Assembly (NCBI GenBank): GCA_964622505.1
Contig: CAZUQJ010000001.1
Location: forward strand, 116,957 to 180,956
Length of the DNA stretch: 64,000 nucleotides
Direction: 5' to 3'
Source: an uncultured Candidatus Saccharibacteria bacterium
GTDB taxonomy: Bacteria; Patescibacteriota; Minisyncoccia; Phycocordibacterales; UBA9973
How positions within the stretch are numbered: the first letter of the stretch is position 1; every line of letters begins with the position of its first letter. Shown one piece after another: positions 1 to 8,929 of the stretch. The notes below the pieces were generated by a model. The model worked only from the letters and a program-made list of their open reading frames with translations. It made no database searches and was not told the origin of the DNA. The position numbers and the translations under genes are program-made.

Positions 1-23
1 TACTTCAAACAGAAGCCAAGATT

Positions 24-737
24 TTGAATTTCCCCGACTTAGATCATAATAATGAGATTCCTAAAATTACACTACTTCCAACTGGAGCTCGAGGAAATGC
101 TTTCAAAATTAATTTTTCTGATTCTGCTCATGTGATCAAACCCCTTGAATCTATGCCTGAAAAAGAAATAGCAAATATTGCTTCAAATTTAGGTATTGGT
201 CCAAAACAATTTAAATCAAAAGAATATTTTTTACACGAAGAATTTATTGATGGAACACCACTTTTAAAATTGGAACAAGATAAATGTACCCCAGATTATA
301 TGGAGAAGCTTGGTTCAAAATTTGGAAAAGCTTTCAAAACATTGCATGAAAATAACATACTTATAAATGATCAAATTCTAACTGATGATCTTGGTAAATC
401 TCATATGATTATAGATAAAGCTGGAGAAGTACGGTTTGTTGACTTTGGCGCATCTATAGATATTAGCGATTACCCCAATATCTCTGATGAATCAGTAATT
501 TCTTTGATACGGACCGATCCATTTATGGCATTTAAAATGATGAACATTGATTTTTCATCAGAAGGACAAAAAAAAGAATTAATAAAAGGTTACAAAGAGA
601 ATATACTTTCTGAAATGAAAACCAAAGAGGATTTATTGAGAAAAGATATTCAACTTTTAAATGAAGGACTTTTTTTCCTAAGAGATAGATTACCAAATGT
701 TGATTATTTTATACAAGGGATTAATAGTATAAAATAG
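24..737 (+). CDS. Protein-kinase-like fold protein (APH/ChoK/Kdo-kinase-like). The ORF is open to the window edge, so the 5' end may be truncated; the TTG start is uncertain.
   Basis: Translation has an HENNILINDQIL catalytic-loop-like segment followed by a FVDFGAS (DFG) motif. No stop occurs upstream in frame to position 3. Confidence 0.4.
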   Translation: MNFPDLDHNNEIPKITLLPTGARGNAFKINFSDSAHVIKPLESMPEKEIANIASNLGIGPKQFKSKEYFLHEEFIDGTPLLKLEQDKCTPDYMEKLGSKFGKAFKTLHENNILINDQILTDDLGKSHMIIDKAGEVRFVDFGASIDISDYPNISDESVISLIRTDPFMAFKMMNIDFSSEGQKKELIKGYKENILSEMKTKEDLLRKDIQLLNEGLFFLRDRLPNVDYFIQGINSIK

Positions 738-739
738 CA

Positions 740-1414
740 ATGCTCCGCAGGCTCAAAACCCCACTAATTCTAATCGCGGTATTTGCGTCACTTATCTTGA
801 TTTGGCGGATTTTCGACTTGCCACCTGATGATGTACTAATACAAATGGTAAAAGGCTATTTTATTAAATACGGTATTATTACAGTATTCCTAGCATCATT
901 GATCGAAGGCATGCTATTGGTGGGTGTATATTTACCGGGTGGAATGGTTATATTCCTCGGGGTATTAACATCGCTTGGTGACCCCGAGCGCGCCACACTC
1001 TCTGTAATTATGACTATTTTAGGTCTTGGGTTGGCATACATATTTAATTACTTTTTAGGTAAACATGGCTGGTATAAAATATTGGTAAAATTTGGCATGA
1101 GGCAATCATTGCTCGATGCCGAGGCTAATTTGCAAAAGCATCACCAACGCGCTATTTATATGTCGTACTGGCAACCCAATCTTGCTTCGTTTGTTTCCAC
1201 AGCATCAGGGATTTTAAAAACAGATTTTAAAAAGTTTTTTATACATTCGACTATCGCCACAATTGTGTGGTGTACATTTTGGGGTACAACCGCGTATCTT
1301 TTGGGTGACAAAGTCCTGACATACTTGGGGCCAATATTTTTTGCAGTAATGCTGGGCTGGATTGGCTCAATAATATGGGGGCATTACAAAGGGCCCAATA
1401 ACATAAAAACATAA
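740..1414 (+). CDS. DedA/VTT-family membrane protein
   Basis: Multi-TM protein with an ...ASLIEGMLLVGVYLPGG... segment resembling the DedA E...LPG core. Start is 3 nt after the upstream gene. Confidence 0.45.
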   Translation: MLRRLKTPLILIAVFASLILIWRIFDLPPDDVLIQMVKGYFIKYGIITVFLASLIEGMLLVGVYLPGGMVIFLGVLTSLGDPERATLSVIMTILGLGLAYIFNYFLGKHGWYKILVKFGMRQSLLDAEANLQKHHQRAIYMSYWQPNLASFVSTASGILKTDFKKFFIHSTIATIVWCTFWGTTAYLLGDKVLTYLGPIFFAVMLGWIGSIIWGHYKGPNNIKT

Positions 1415-1464
1415 ATATTACCCATTTTAACCCAATATTTACGTTTTTATGATAAAATATTTAT

Positions 1465-1962
1465 ATGAGCAATAACTATGCTTTCATAGATAGTCAAAAT
1501 TTAAACCTCGGGATTCAAGGTCTTGGTTGGAAGTTGGACTTCAAAAGATTCCGTATATATTTAAAAGAAAAATATGGTGTTACAAAAGCCTTTTTATTCA
1601 TTGGCTACATCGAAGGAAATAATATTTTATATACATCTTTACAAGAAGCTGGATTTATTTGTATATTCAAGCCAACACTAAAACATAAAGACGGAACAAC
1701 AAAAGGCAACTGCGATGCAGAGCTTGTTTTGCAATCAATGATCGAATACTTAAATTTTGATAAAGCTATTATTGTCAGTGGTGATGGAGATTTTCATTGC
1801 CTAATAAACTACTTTATAGAAAAGGAAAAGCTTCAGGCCGTTTTAATACCAAACAAACTTAGATTCTCAGCACTTTTAAAGATGCATTATGTAAAGCCGT
1901 ATCTCAGATTTATGAACGATTTAGAGCATAAGTTAGCGTATAAAAAAGAAAAGGCCCCTTAA
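1465..1962 (+). CDS. NYN-domain (LabA-like, PIN-like nuclease fold) protein
   Basis: AFIDSQNL near the N-terminus, GNCDAELVL and VSGDGDF acidic motifs, about 165 aa. This is the typical NYN/LabA layout. Confidence 0.55.
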   Translation: MSNNYAFIDSQNLNLGIQGLGWKLDFKRFRIYLKEKYGVTKAFLFIGYIEGNNILYTSLQEAGFICIFKPTLKHKDGTTKGNCDAELVLQSMIEYLNFDKAIIVSGDGDFHCLINYFIEKEKLQAVLIPNKLRFSALLKMHYVKPYLRFMNDLEHKLAYKKEKAP

Positions 1963-2125
1963 GGACAAAACCTTAAAGGGTAATCTCTTCCATTCGTGAT
2001 ATGCATATTATAGCAGTTACGAGCGTTCGTAGTCAAGGTCTTGTGGAAAAGTCAAAAAGGCTATTTTAGGGCTTAATACTTGGGCGGGGCGCGGGGCCAG
2101 CCCCGCGCCCCAAGGCCACACTGGC

Positions 2126-2386
2126 ATGTACCATGTGGCATTCCTGTACCCATCACGATTAGAATTGGCCAAAGTCTTGAAGCATTTGATAGACAACAAT
2201 TACCCCATAGACGGCACCGCCGACCATGGCGTTTCCGAGGCCATATACCTGCGCGACCCCGACAATAACGGTGTCGAAATCTACGCCGACAGACCCAAAA
2301 AGGATTGGAAGGTAACCAACGACGGCATGGTAGAAATGCTAACCGAGCCCCTCGACATAAACGACTTTTTAAAAGAGCTTGAGTAA
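2126..2386 (+). pseudogene. Truncated C-terminal module of a VOC (glyoxalase/bleomycin-resistance/extradiol-dioxygenase) family gene. It lies in a GC-rich segment that is probably of foreign origin.
   Basis: The 86-aa ORF has HVAF...HGVSEAIYLRDPDNNGVEIY, typical of one beta-alpha-beta-beta-beta VOC module. The in-frame reading extends upstream (…GHTG-MYHVAF) to a stop at about 2075, exactly where GC content jumps. No N-terminal module is present. Confidence 0.45.
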
Positions 2387-2400
2387 CGAACTCTGTATTT

Positions 2401-5400
2401 TTGTGGTATTATGATTCTATAAATATGCATGAATATATAAAAAACATAGCTCAAAAATTTGCTCGCAATGATGTAGCAAATGGACGCGAAATGATATACC
2501 GTACTGATTTTGAGAATCTTTTGAAAGATATTTTTCAGGCTGACGGCAAGGTGACTCAAATTAATCACGACTCTACTAGTGATAATGGTAACAAGCCTGA
2601 TTTTGTAATTTCAAAAAACGGTGTACCAATTCTATATATTGAAGCAAAAGATATTGGGGTAGATCTTAATAAGATCGAAAATAGTAATCAAATGCATCGT
2701 TATTTTGGCTATGGTAACCTAATTTTGACGGATTATGTAGAATTTCGTTTTTACAGAAACGGTGAAAGATATGGAAATCCTATTAGTATTGCTAGTATTG
2801 ATAAATTAAATCGTACAATATCCGAACTTTCGCAAAACTTTTCATTACTTTCTAAAACTATTACCGACTTTGCTTCTTCTTACAAAGAGCCTATTAAAAA
2901 AGGTTCTCATTTGGCAAGAATAATGGGAGGTAAGGCAATGCGTATTCGAGATAATGTAAAAGATATGCTCCTTAGTGATAATGAAAAATTTAGTGACTTA
3001 CAAAAAATTTTGAATGTTGTGAAAGAAAATTTAGTAGCTAGTTTAGATAACGAAACATTTGCAGACATGTATGCTCAGACGTTGGTTTATGGATTGTTTG
3101 CGGCAAGATATAATGATAAATCTCCAAATGATTTTTCTCGATCAGAGGCAAGAGATCTGGTGCCTAAAACAAATCCATTTTTGAGAGAATTTTTTAATCA
3201 CATTGCTGGACCATCTTTTCCAGATAGGCTTCGTTATATTGTAGATGAACTTTGCGAAGTTTTTACACATGCAAATGTACATACACTTATGCATGAATAT
3301 TTTAAAAAAGAAAATTTATTTGGTGAAGTATATGAAAGTCCTGACCCAGTAATCCATTTTTACGAAGATTTTCTAAAAGAATATGATATAAAAAAGAAAA
3401 TGGAAATGGGAGTATTTTATACTCCACGACCTGTTGTGAGGTTTATTGTGCGAGCAGTTGATGACATTTTAAAAAATGAATTTGGTCTTGCCAGAGGTCT
3501 TGCTGATACTACAAAAATCCAAATAGAAAAAAAGGAAATTGATCAAAAAACTGGTAAAGAAAAGAAAGTCCAAAAAGAATATCATAAAGTTCAAGTTCTT
3601 GATATTGCCACAGGTACAGGTACATTCCTTAATGAGGTCATCCATAATATTTACGCAAATTTTTCTGGACAAGAAGGCCGTTGGGTATCGTATGTTGAAA
3701 ATGATTTATTGCCAAGATTACATGGTTTTGAGTTAATGATGGCATCGTATACTATTGCTCATTTGAAATTAGGTATGACCTTGTATGACACAAAGGCTGG
3801 TGATCTGAAAACTCGTCTCGGGGTTTACCTTACAAATACACTGGACGCTCCCGTAGACTACGCTAATCAAGGTAGTTTGTTTGGATTAATGGATAGTATT
3901 GCCCAGGAGAGTAAAAATGCATCTAGAATAAAATCTGAATACCCGATAATGTGTGTTATTGGCAATCCTCCATATTCAGGCATTTCAATGAATAAGCAGT
4001 ACACAGAAAATAATGATTACAAAGTTGAAATCGGTGGTAAACAAAAATTACAGGAAAAGAAAAATTGGCTCGATGATGACTATGTTAAATTTATTCGATT
4101 TGCAGAAAGCTTGATTGAGAAAAATGGTGAGGGTATAGTAGGAATGATCACCGCCCATGGCTATATAGATAACCCAACATTTCGTGGTATGCGTTGGCAT
4201 TTACGGAACACTTTTGACAAAATATATGTTTTAGACTTGCATGGTAATAGTAATAAAAAAGAAACAAGCCTTGATGGCAGCAAAGACGAAAATATTTTTG
4301 ATATTAAAACAGGTGTATCAATAATTTTGGGTATTAAAAAGCAAGGTAATATAAAAGATAAAAAATTAGCTCAAATCTACAAATCAGATTTTTATGGCCT
4401 TCGTAAAGATAAATTTAAAAATATTGAAAATGCAACTATCGATAATTTAAACTGGACAGAGCTCCCAGAAAACAGTGATTTGTGGGTATTAGAAGGAAAA
4501 GGTAAATTAGAATATAAAAAAGGTTTTTCGATGACAGAAATATTTCCCAAAAATACTACTGGTATAGTCACTATGGGGGATAGTTTTATTATCGATGAAA
4601 ATAGGGATGTTTTAACAAAAAGAATTGATGAATTTTTGCAAAATGATATATCTGAGAATGACCTAAAGCATAAATATGATTTAGGTAAAAATTACGCAAA
4701 GTGGATTATTGATAATAAAAAGAAAATCGAAAATAATCATTTAAAAATAGTACCGCTGTCGTATAGGCCTTTTGACATAAGGTATACTTATTTTGATAAA
4801 AATTTGGTATGGAGAACTAGAGGTGATGTAATGTACGGTTTAGTAAAAAAAGAAAACCTAGGCTTAGTTTTTGCTAGGTCACAAAGGAATCCTGAATTTA
4901 ATGCCGTTTTTATTTGTAACTCTATAATAGAGACCAAGTGCGGTGAAGCAAGTACTCAATCAGCTGTAGCCCCTATTTATTTATACACAGAAAACGGAGA
5001 AAAAATTTCCAACTTAAATAAAGAAATTTGGAATAAGATTAATGATGTGGTGGGTAATACTACACCCGAAGATATTTTGGATTATATTTATGCAAGTCTG
5101 CATTCGCCAAAATACCGCGAAACTTACAAAGAATTTTTAAAAATTGATTTTCCTAGAGTTCAATACCCAACTGACAAAAAAGAATTTGAAAGACTGGTAA
5201 AGCTTGGCTCAAAATTACGAGAACTTCATTTAATGACTGATCCAGAATGTGAAAATTTAATTACAACTTATTCACAATCGGGTAGTGATGTAGTAGAAAA
5301 GGTAAAATATGAAAATGGTAATGTTTATATAAACGACGCGCAGTATTTCGGCAATGTACCAGAAATTTCATGGAGTTTCTATATAGGTGGCTACCAACCT

Positions 5401-5523
5401 GCTCAAAAATACCTTAAAGACAGAAAGGGTAGAAAACTAACCAATGAAGAAATTGAGCATTATCAAAAAATCATTAAGGTATTGTTTGAAACTGATAAAT
5501 TAATGAAGGAAATAGATAAGTAG
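2401..5523 (+). CDS. Type IIG (MmeI-family) restriction-modification enzyme: an N-terminal PD-(D/E)xK nuclease fused to a gamma-class N6-adenine DNA methyltransferase and a C-terminal specificity domain. The likely true start is the Met at 2425.
   Basis: N-terminus KPDFVIS...ILYIEAKD (PD-ExK) aligns with the MmeI N-terminal layout. VLDIATGTGTFL matches MTase motif I and CVIGNPPYSG motif IV (NPPY). The protein is 1040 aa. Confidence 0.8.
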   Translation: MWYYDSINMHEYIKNIAQKFARNDVANGREMIYRTDFENLLKDIFQADGKVTQINHDSTSDNGNKPDFVISKNGVPILYIEAKDIGVDLNKIENSNQMHRYFGYGNLILTDYVEFRFYRNGERYGNPISIASIDKLNRTISELSQNFSLLSKTITDFASSYKEPIKKGSHLARIMGGKAMRIRDNVKDMLLSDNEKFSDLQKILNVVKENLVASLDNETFADMYAQTLVYGLFAARYNDKSPNDFSRSEARDLVPKTNPFLREFFNHIAGPSFPDRLRYIVDELCEVFTHANVHTLMHEYFKKENLFGEVYESPDPVIHFYEDFLKEYDIKKKMEMGVFYTPRPVVRFIVRAVDDILKNEFGLARGLADTTKIQIEKKEIDQKTGKEKKVQKEYHKVQVLDIATGTGTFLNEVIHNIYANFSGQEGRWVSYVENDLLPRLHGFELMMASYTIAHLKLGMTLYDTKAGDLKTRLGVYLTNTLDAPVDYANQGSLFGLMDSIAQESKNASRIKSEYPIMCVIGNPPYSGISMNKQYTENNDYKVEIGGKQKLQEKKNWLDDDYVKFIRFAESLIEKNGEGIVGMITAHGYIDNPTFRGMRWHLRNTFDKIYVLDLHGNSNKKETSLDGSKDENIFDIKTGVSIILGIKKQGNIKDKKLAQIYKSDFYGLRKDKFKNIENATIDNLNWTELPENSDLWVLEGKGKLEYKKGFSMTEIFPKNTTGIVTMGDSFIIDENRDVLTKRIDEFLQNDISENDLKHKYDLGKNYAKWIIDNKKKIENNHLKIVPLSYRPFDIRYTYFDKNLVWRTRGDVMYGLVKKENLGLVFARSQRNPEFNAVFICNSIIETKCGEASTQSAVAPIYLYTENGEKISNLNKEIWNKINDVVGNTTPEDILDYIYASLHSPKYRETYKEFLKIDFPRVQYPTDKKEFERLVKLGSKLRELHLMTDPECENLITTYSQSGSDVVEKVKYENGNVYINDAQYFGNVPEISWSFYIGGYQPAQKYLKDRKGRKLTNEEIEHYQKIIKVLFETDKLMKEIDK

Positions 5524-5554
5524 CTTTTCAATTTAATTATTGTAAAATATAGTA

Positions 5555-6256
5555 ATGAATTCTGAAGAGCTAAAAATTAAAGAAAATGCAGAAGAATTCG
5601 CAAGGTCGAATAAAAAGAAAATTGCGAAAGACATAATTTCTTTGTATGAATCAGAGCCGAATCCTGTTTCTGTTTTCATGGCAGGATCTCCTGGTGCAGG
5701 CAAAACAGAATCTTCGAGGTGGCTTATTAAAAAACTTACAGGGAACGACGATTCTATTTTAAGAATTGACCCTGATGAGTTGAGGAAATATTTTGAAGAA
5801 TACAACGGAAAAAATTCTAATTTATTTCAAGGTGCAACATCTATACTTGCAGAAAAAATACACGATTTTGCAATTGATGGTAGTAAGAGTTTTGTTTTTG
5901 ATACAACTTTTTCTAAATTAAATAAAGCTCAACAAAATATTAAAAGATCACTAGACCACAAAAGATCAGTCCAAATAATATATGTTTATCAAGACCCTTT
6001 GCAAGCTTGGGAATTTGTGAAGGCACGTGAATTAAAAGATGGAAGAAATGTTCCAAAAGATTCATTTATCGAAGAGTACTTTAATGCTAGAGTTGTAGTA
6101 AATCAGATAAAAAAAGATTTTCCAGATATTACATTATATATACTTATAAAGAATATTGACGGGACAACCGAGAAATATAAAGAAAATGTTGACAGTATTG
6201 ACAAATATGTTAAAGAGAACTATACTATCGATAGTTTAAATAATGTGTTACAATAA
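5555..6256 (+). CDS. Zeta-toxin-like P-loop kinase (zeta toxin / AAA_33 family)
   Basis: Walker A FMAGSPGAGKTES, followed by ILRIDPDELR and then FVFDTT. This spacing mirrors zeta/PezT. Length 233 aa; a TGtAAAAT -10-like element sits about 9 nt upstream. Confidence 0.6.
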   Translation: MNSEELKIKENAEEFARSNKKKIAKDIISLYESEPNPVSVFMAGSPGAGKTESSRWLIKKLTGNDDSILRIDPDELRKYFEEYNGKNSNLFQGATSILAEKIHDFAIDGSKSFVFDTTFSKLNKAQQNIKRSLDHKRSVQIIYVYQDPLQAWEFVKARELKDGRNVPKDSFIEEYFNARVVVNQIKKDFPDITLYILIKNIDGTTEKYKENVDSIDKYVKENYTIDSLNNVLQ

Positions 6257-6260
6257 TTAT

Positions 6261-6425
6261 ATGCTTAGCTTTTTAACTACAAATTCTAAAAAAGATACTG
6301 AATTCTCTAGGTTTTTTAGAGAGGCTTCTTCTGGTGAAAAAAAGAAAGTTTTTAAAGAAGTAATTCGTAAAGCTACTGAAGATCAAAGGAAAATATTAAA
6401 TAAATCAACTACAAAAACCGCTTAA
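6261..6425 (+). CDS. Small basic helical protein (54 aa from the second Met) immediately downstream of the zeta-like kinase. It is a possible cognate partner or antitoxin-like component.
   Basis: ORF overlaps the kinase stop. Lys/Arg-rich (…GEKKKVFKEVIRKATEDQRKIL…). A terminator follows. Confidence 0.3.
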   Translation: MLSFLTTNSKKDTEFSRFFREASSGEKKKVFKEVIRKATEDQRKILNKSTTKTA

Positions 6426-6441
6426 ATGCGGTTTTCGTTTT
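6414..6441 (+). terminator. Rho-independent terminator closing the RM / kinase / small-ORF operon
   Basis: aaaaccgc-ttaaat-gcggtttt hairpin followed by a T-run. Confidence 0.6.
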
Positions 6442-6544
6442 AATGGATATAATGTCCGAGATTTATAACGAATTAAAAAAGTACGCTAGTGCTACACGGC
6501 AAAAGTCTAGGGTGATAAATTTGTTTTCGTGGTAAGATGAATTT

Positions 6545-7180
6545 ATGAATAAAAATATAATCACCATACTAATCGTTCTTGCTGTCATTGTTGTGCTCTG
6601 GTCTATTTGGGGATTTTTTGGTTCTCGGGTTGAGCAGGCAGAATATACCGTAGTCAGAAAGAATAAAAATTACGAAGTTCGCACATACCCACGGCACATT
6701 GTGGCGCAAGCAACTCTTTCTGGAGATTACACGGGGGCGATGAATTCTGGGTTCTCGATTGTAGCTGGATATATTTTTGGTGGTAATACTAAAAAAGAAA
6801 AGATCGCCATGACTGCCCCTGTGGTAGAAAAGGCTGGTATATCAGAAAAGATCGCCATGACTGCGCCCGTGGTCGTAGCAGGCGATGAGGGTAGCCGTAC
6901 TATTTCATTTGGTATACCAAAAGGTTATACACTCGAAACCTTGCCTGTGCCAAATGATAAAAGAGTCCAAATAGTAGAAATTCCAGAGAAGAATTTTGCG
7001 GTGGCTCGATTTTATGGATACCGTAATTCAAGCATGATAGAAAAAGCTACCAAAGAATTAAAAGAAAAACTAGTAGAAGATAAAATAGAAATTGTTGGCT
7101 CCCCAAGCTACGCCGGCTACAACGCACCAGGGACTCCACCGTGGATGACTAGAAACGAGGTTTTGATAGAGATAAAATAA
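6545..7180 (+). CDS. SOUL/HBP heme-binding family protein with an N-terminal TM anchor
   Basis: KIAMTAPV signature (present twice through an internal 48-nt duplication) and a size typical of the SOUL family. Confidence 0.55.
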   Translation: MNKNIITILIVLAVIVVLWSIWGFFGSRVEQAEYTVVRKNKNYEVRTYPRHIVAQATLSGDYTGAMNSGFSIVAGYIFGGNTKKEKIAMTAPVVEKAGISEKIAMTAPVVVAGDEGSRTISFGIPKGYTLETLPVPNDKRVQIVEIPEKNFAVARFYGYRNSSMIEKATKELKEKLVEDKIEIVGSPSYAGYNAPGTPPWMTRNEVLIEIK

Positions 7181-7184
7181 TTAT

Positions 7185-7868
7185 ATGAAAATCGAAGTTA
7201 TAAAGTCATTAAATGATGCTAGTAGGGCTACAGATCTTGCTGTGGTGATCGATGTATTTCGTGCTTTTACTACCGAGGCGTATTTGTTTGCCAATGGTGC
7301 TGAAAAGATTATCCCAGTTTTGGGTTTAGAAGAAGCGTATAAATTAAAAAGTGAAAATCCAGATTATATATTGATTGGCGAAAGAGGCGGGTTGAAGCCT
7401 GAAGGCTTTGACTTTGGAAATAGTCCAACCGAAATTTTTGATGTTGATTTTTCTGGGAAAACTATCATACATACAACCTCTAATGGAACAAAAGGCTTAT
7501 TAAACACTTCGAATGCAAGTGATGTACTAATGGGGAGCTTTGTTATTGCAAATAGCATAATTGAATATATCAAAAAGCATAATCCTGAAAATGTGTATTT
7601 AATTTCTACCGCACCAGACGAAGAAAGTGACAACGAGGATGTATTGCTGGCTTACTACATACAAGATATTTTAAACGGTAAAGAGGTTGACGAGACGGCT
7701 ATCAAGGCAAAGTTGGCGACCACTTCTGCTCATGTCTTTTTATTAACCGAGGCTGGTGTCCCACAAAGTGATATTGATTTGTGCTTAGATTTCAATAGAT
7801 TTAATTTTGTTATTAAGAAGGTTATACAAAATAGCCAAATCTATTTAATGAAAGAAGAGAATTTATAA
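7185..7868 (+). CDS. 2-phosphosulfolactate phosphatase (ComB) family protein
   Basis: LAVVIDVFRAFTT N-terminal motif characteristic of ComB; about 227 aa. Confidence 0.55.
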   Translation: MKIEVIKSLNDASRATDLAVVIDVFRAFTTEAYLFANGAEKIIPVLGLEEAYKLKSENPDYILIGERGGLKPEGFDFGNSPTEIFDVDFSGKTIIHTTSNGTKGLLNTSNASDVLMGSFVIANSIIEYIKKHNPENVYLISTAPDEESDNEDVLLAYYIQDILNGKEVDETAIKAKLATTSAHVFLLTEAGVPQSDIDLCLDFNRFNFVIKKVIQNSQIYLMKEENL

Positions 7869-7899
7869 TTTATAATTGTTGTGATAAAATATATTTATT

Positions 7900-8151
7900 A
7901 TGGAACAAAATAAAAAATGTCCGGGGTGTCAAAGTTGTTTAATGCCTTTTAATAAAGATACAGGGGTAAGAGAGAGCGATATATATTGCAGTCTGTGCTA
8001 CAAGGACGGCAAGTTGTGTTACGAGGGTAGCTTAAAAGAATTTCAAAAAATTGTTTATCAAAACATGCGTAAAAATGGGCTAGGATGGTTCAAAGCAAAA
8101 ATGTATACATACATGATTCGCTTCGCCCCACGGTGGAAGAATAAAAAGTAA
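7900..8151 (+). CDS. Zinc-ribbon domain protein
   Basis: CPGCQSC...GVRESDIYCSLCYKDGKLCYEG resembles a Zn_ribbon_2-type C4 arrangement. Confidence 0.5.
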   Translation: MEQNKKCPGCQSCLMPFNKDTGVRESDIYCSLCYKDGKLCYEGSLKEFQKIVYQNMRKNGLGWFKAKMYTYMIRFAPRWKNKK

Positions 8152-8156
8152 CATAC

Positions 8157-8189
8157 AAAAAAGCCTAATCAATTGATTAGGCTTTTTTG
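8157..8189. terminator. Bidirectional intrinsic terminator between convergent genes
   Basis: Perfect palindrome gcctaatcaattgattaggc flanked by an A-run and a T-run. Confidence 0.7.
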
Positions 8190-8413
8190 ATAAATTCGGT
8201 TTTTAAAACTATGCCACGCATGCCGTCTATACTGCATTCTATCTCACCCTCTTCATCGGTTAGGCGAATGTTTTTGGCTTTGGCACCCTTTTTGATAACA
8301 GTGCTACTGCCTTTTAATTTTAAATCTTTGATTAATATAATACTGTCACCATTGGCCAGTATATTACCATTGGCGTCGCGTTGTATAACTACATCTTCGT
8401 CTTCATTTTCCAT
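8177..8413 (-). CDS. PhnA/YjdC C-terminal-domain-like small protein
   Basis: …NGNILANGDSIILIKDLKLKGSSTVIKKGAKAKNIRL…IECSIDG…LKTEFIKKA matches the PhnA domain pattern. Confidence 0.55.
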   Translation of the reverse strand: MENEDEDVVIQRDANGNILANGDSIILIKDLKLKGSSTVIKKGAKAKNIRLTDEEGEIECSIDGMRGIVLKTEFIKKA

Positions 8414-8565
8414 AAAGTCAGTATATACCCATGTGGTTAAAAACCCAAGTTGCGGTGTGCGTCAGGACTTTCGTGGTATAATTTATATATTAAAATTAAT
8501 CTTTAATTTATGTCACACTATTTAGACAGTTATTTAAAATAATTTGTTATGATATAATATTTTCT

Positions 8566-8925
8566 ATGAAAAAGTATAAAATAATGTTTTGGGTTACGAC
8601 TTTATTAATATTTGTTACGCAAGGTGTGATGGAGGTGATTGCTTATTTTAATGGTACAGCAGCTCCTGGTGTTACTGGATTAGGTTACCCATTGTATTTC
8701 GTAGGGTTTATTGTGGTTGCTAAGGTTCTTGGCTCGATTGCATTGGTAGTACCGCAAGTACCAAAAGGTGTGAAGGAATGGGCTTATGCAGGCTTTGCAT
8801 TTGATTTCATAGCAGCACTCGTAAGTATGTATTTTGTTATGGGAGTAAATAGCTTCCTTGCATTTCCAATTATTGCGTTAATCATTTTAAAGGTTTCTCA
8901 TTATTCATATCATAAATTAAATTAA
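8566..8925 (+). CDS. DoxX-like small membrane protein
   Basis: 119 aa with 4 predicted TM segments. Preceded by TGaTATAAT about 6 nt upstream of the ATG. Confidence 0.4.
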   Translation: MKKYKIMFWVTTLLIFVTQGVMEVIAYFNGTAAPGVTGLGYPLYFVGFIVVAKVLGSIALVVPQVPKGVKEWAYAGFAFDFIAALVSMYFVMGVNSFLAFPIIALIILKVSHYSYHKLN

Positions 8926-8929
8926 ATAT

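Noticed and set aside
2086-2111. GC-only 11-bp hairpin as a transcription terminator for the NYN gene
   Set aside because: It lies inside the in-frame reading of the foreign VOC fragment, about 125 nt after the NYN stop, with no T-run. More likely it is incidental palindromic coding sequence of high-GC origin.
2080-2268. Arg/Pro-rich 62-aa ORF (plus strand) and the 2017..2199 minus-strand ORF spanning the GC-rich segment
   Set aside because: Low-complexity translations are produced by any frame of GC-rich DNA. They overlap the better-supported VOC-fragment frame and have no start or RBS context.
3469-3736. Small ORFs 3469..3672 (-) and 3539..3736 (+) inside the RM gene
   Set aside because: Embedded in or antisense to a 1040-aa ORF with strong domain support. 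AT-rich Lys/Phe-rich shadows.
8187-8525. 112-aa plus-strand ORF
   Set aside because: It is antisense to the PhnA-domain ORF (8177..8413, minus strand), which has clear family-level similarity. The plus-strand translation is hydrophobic low-complexity shadow.
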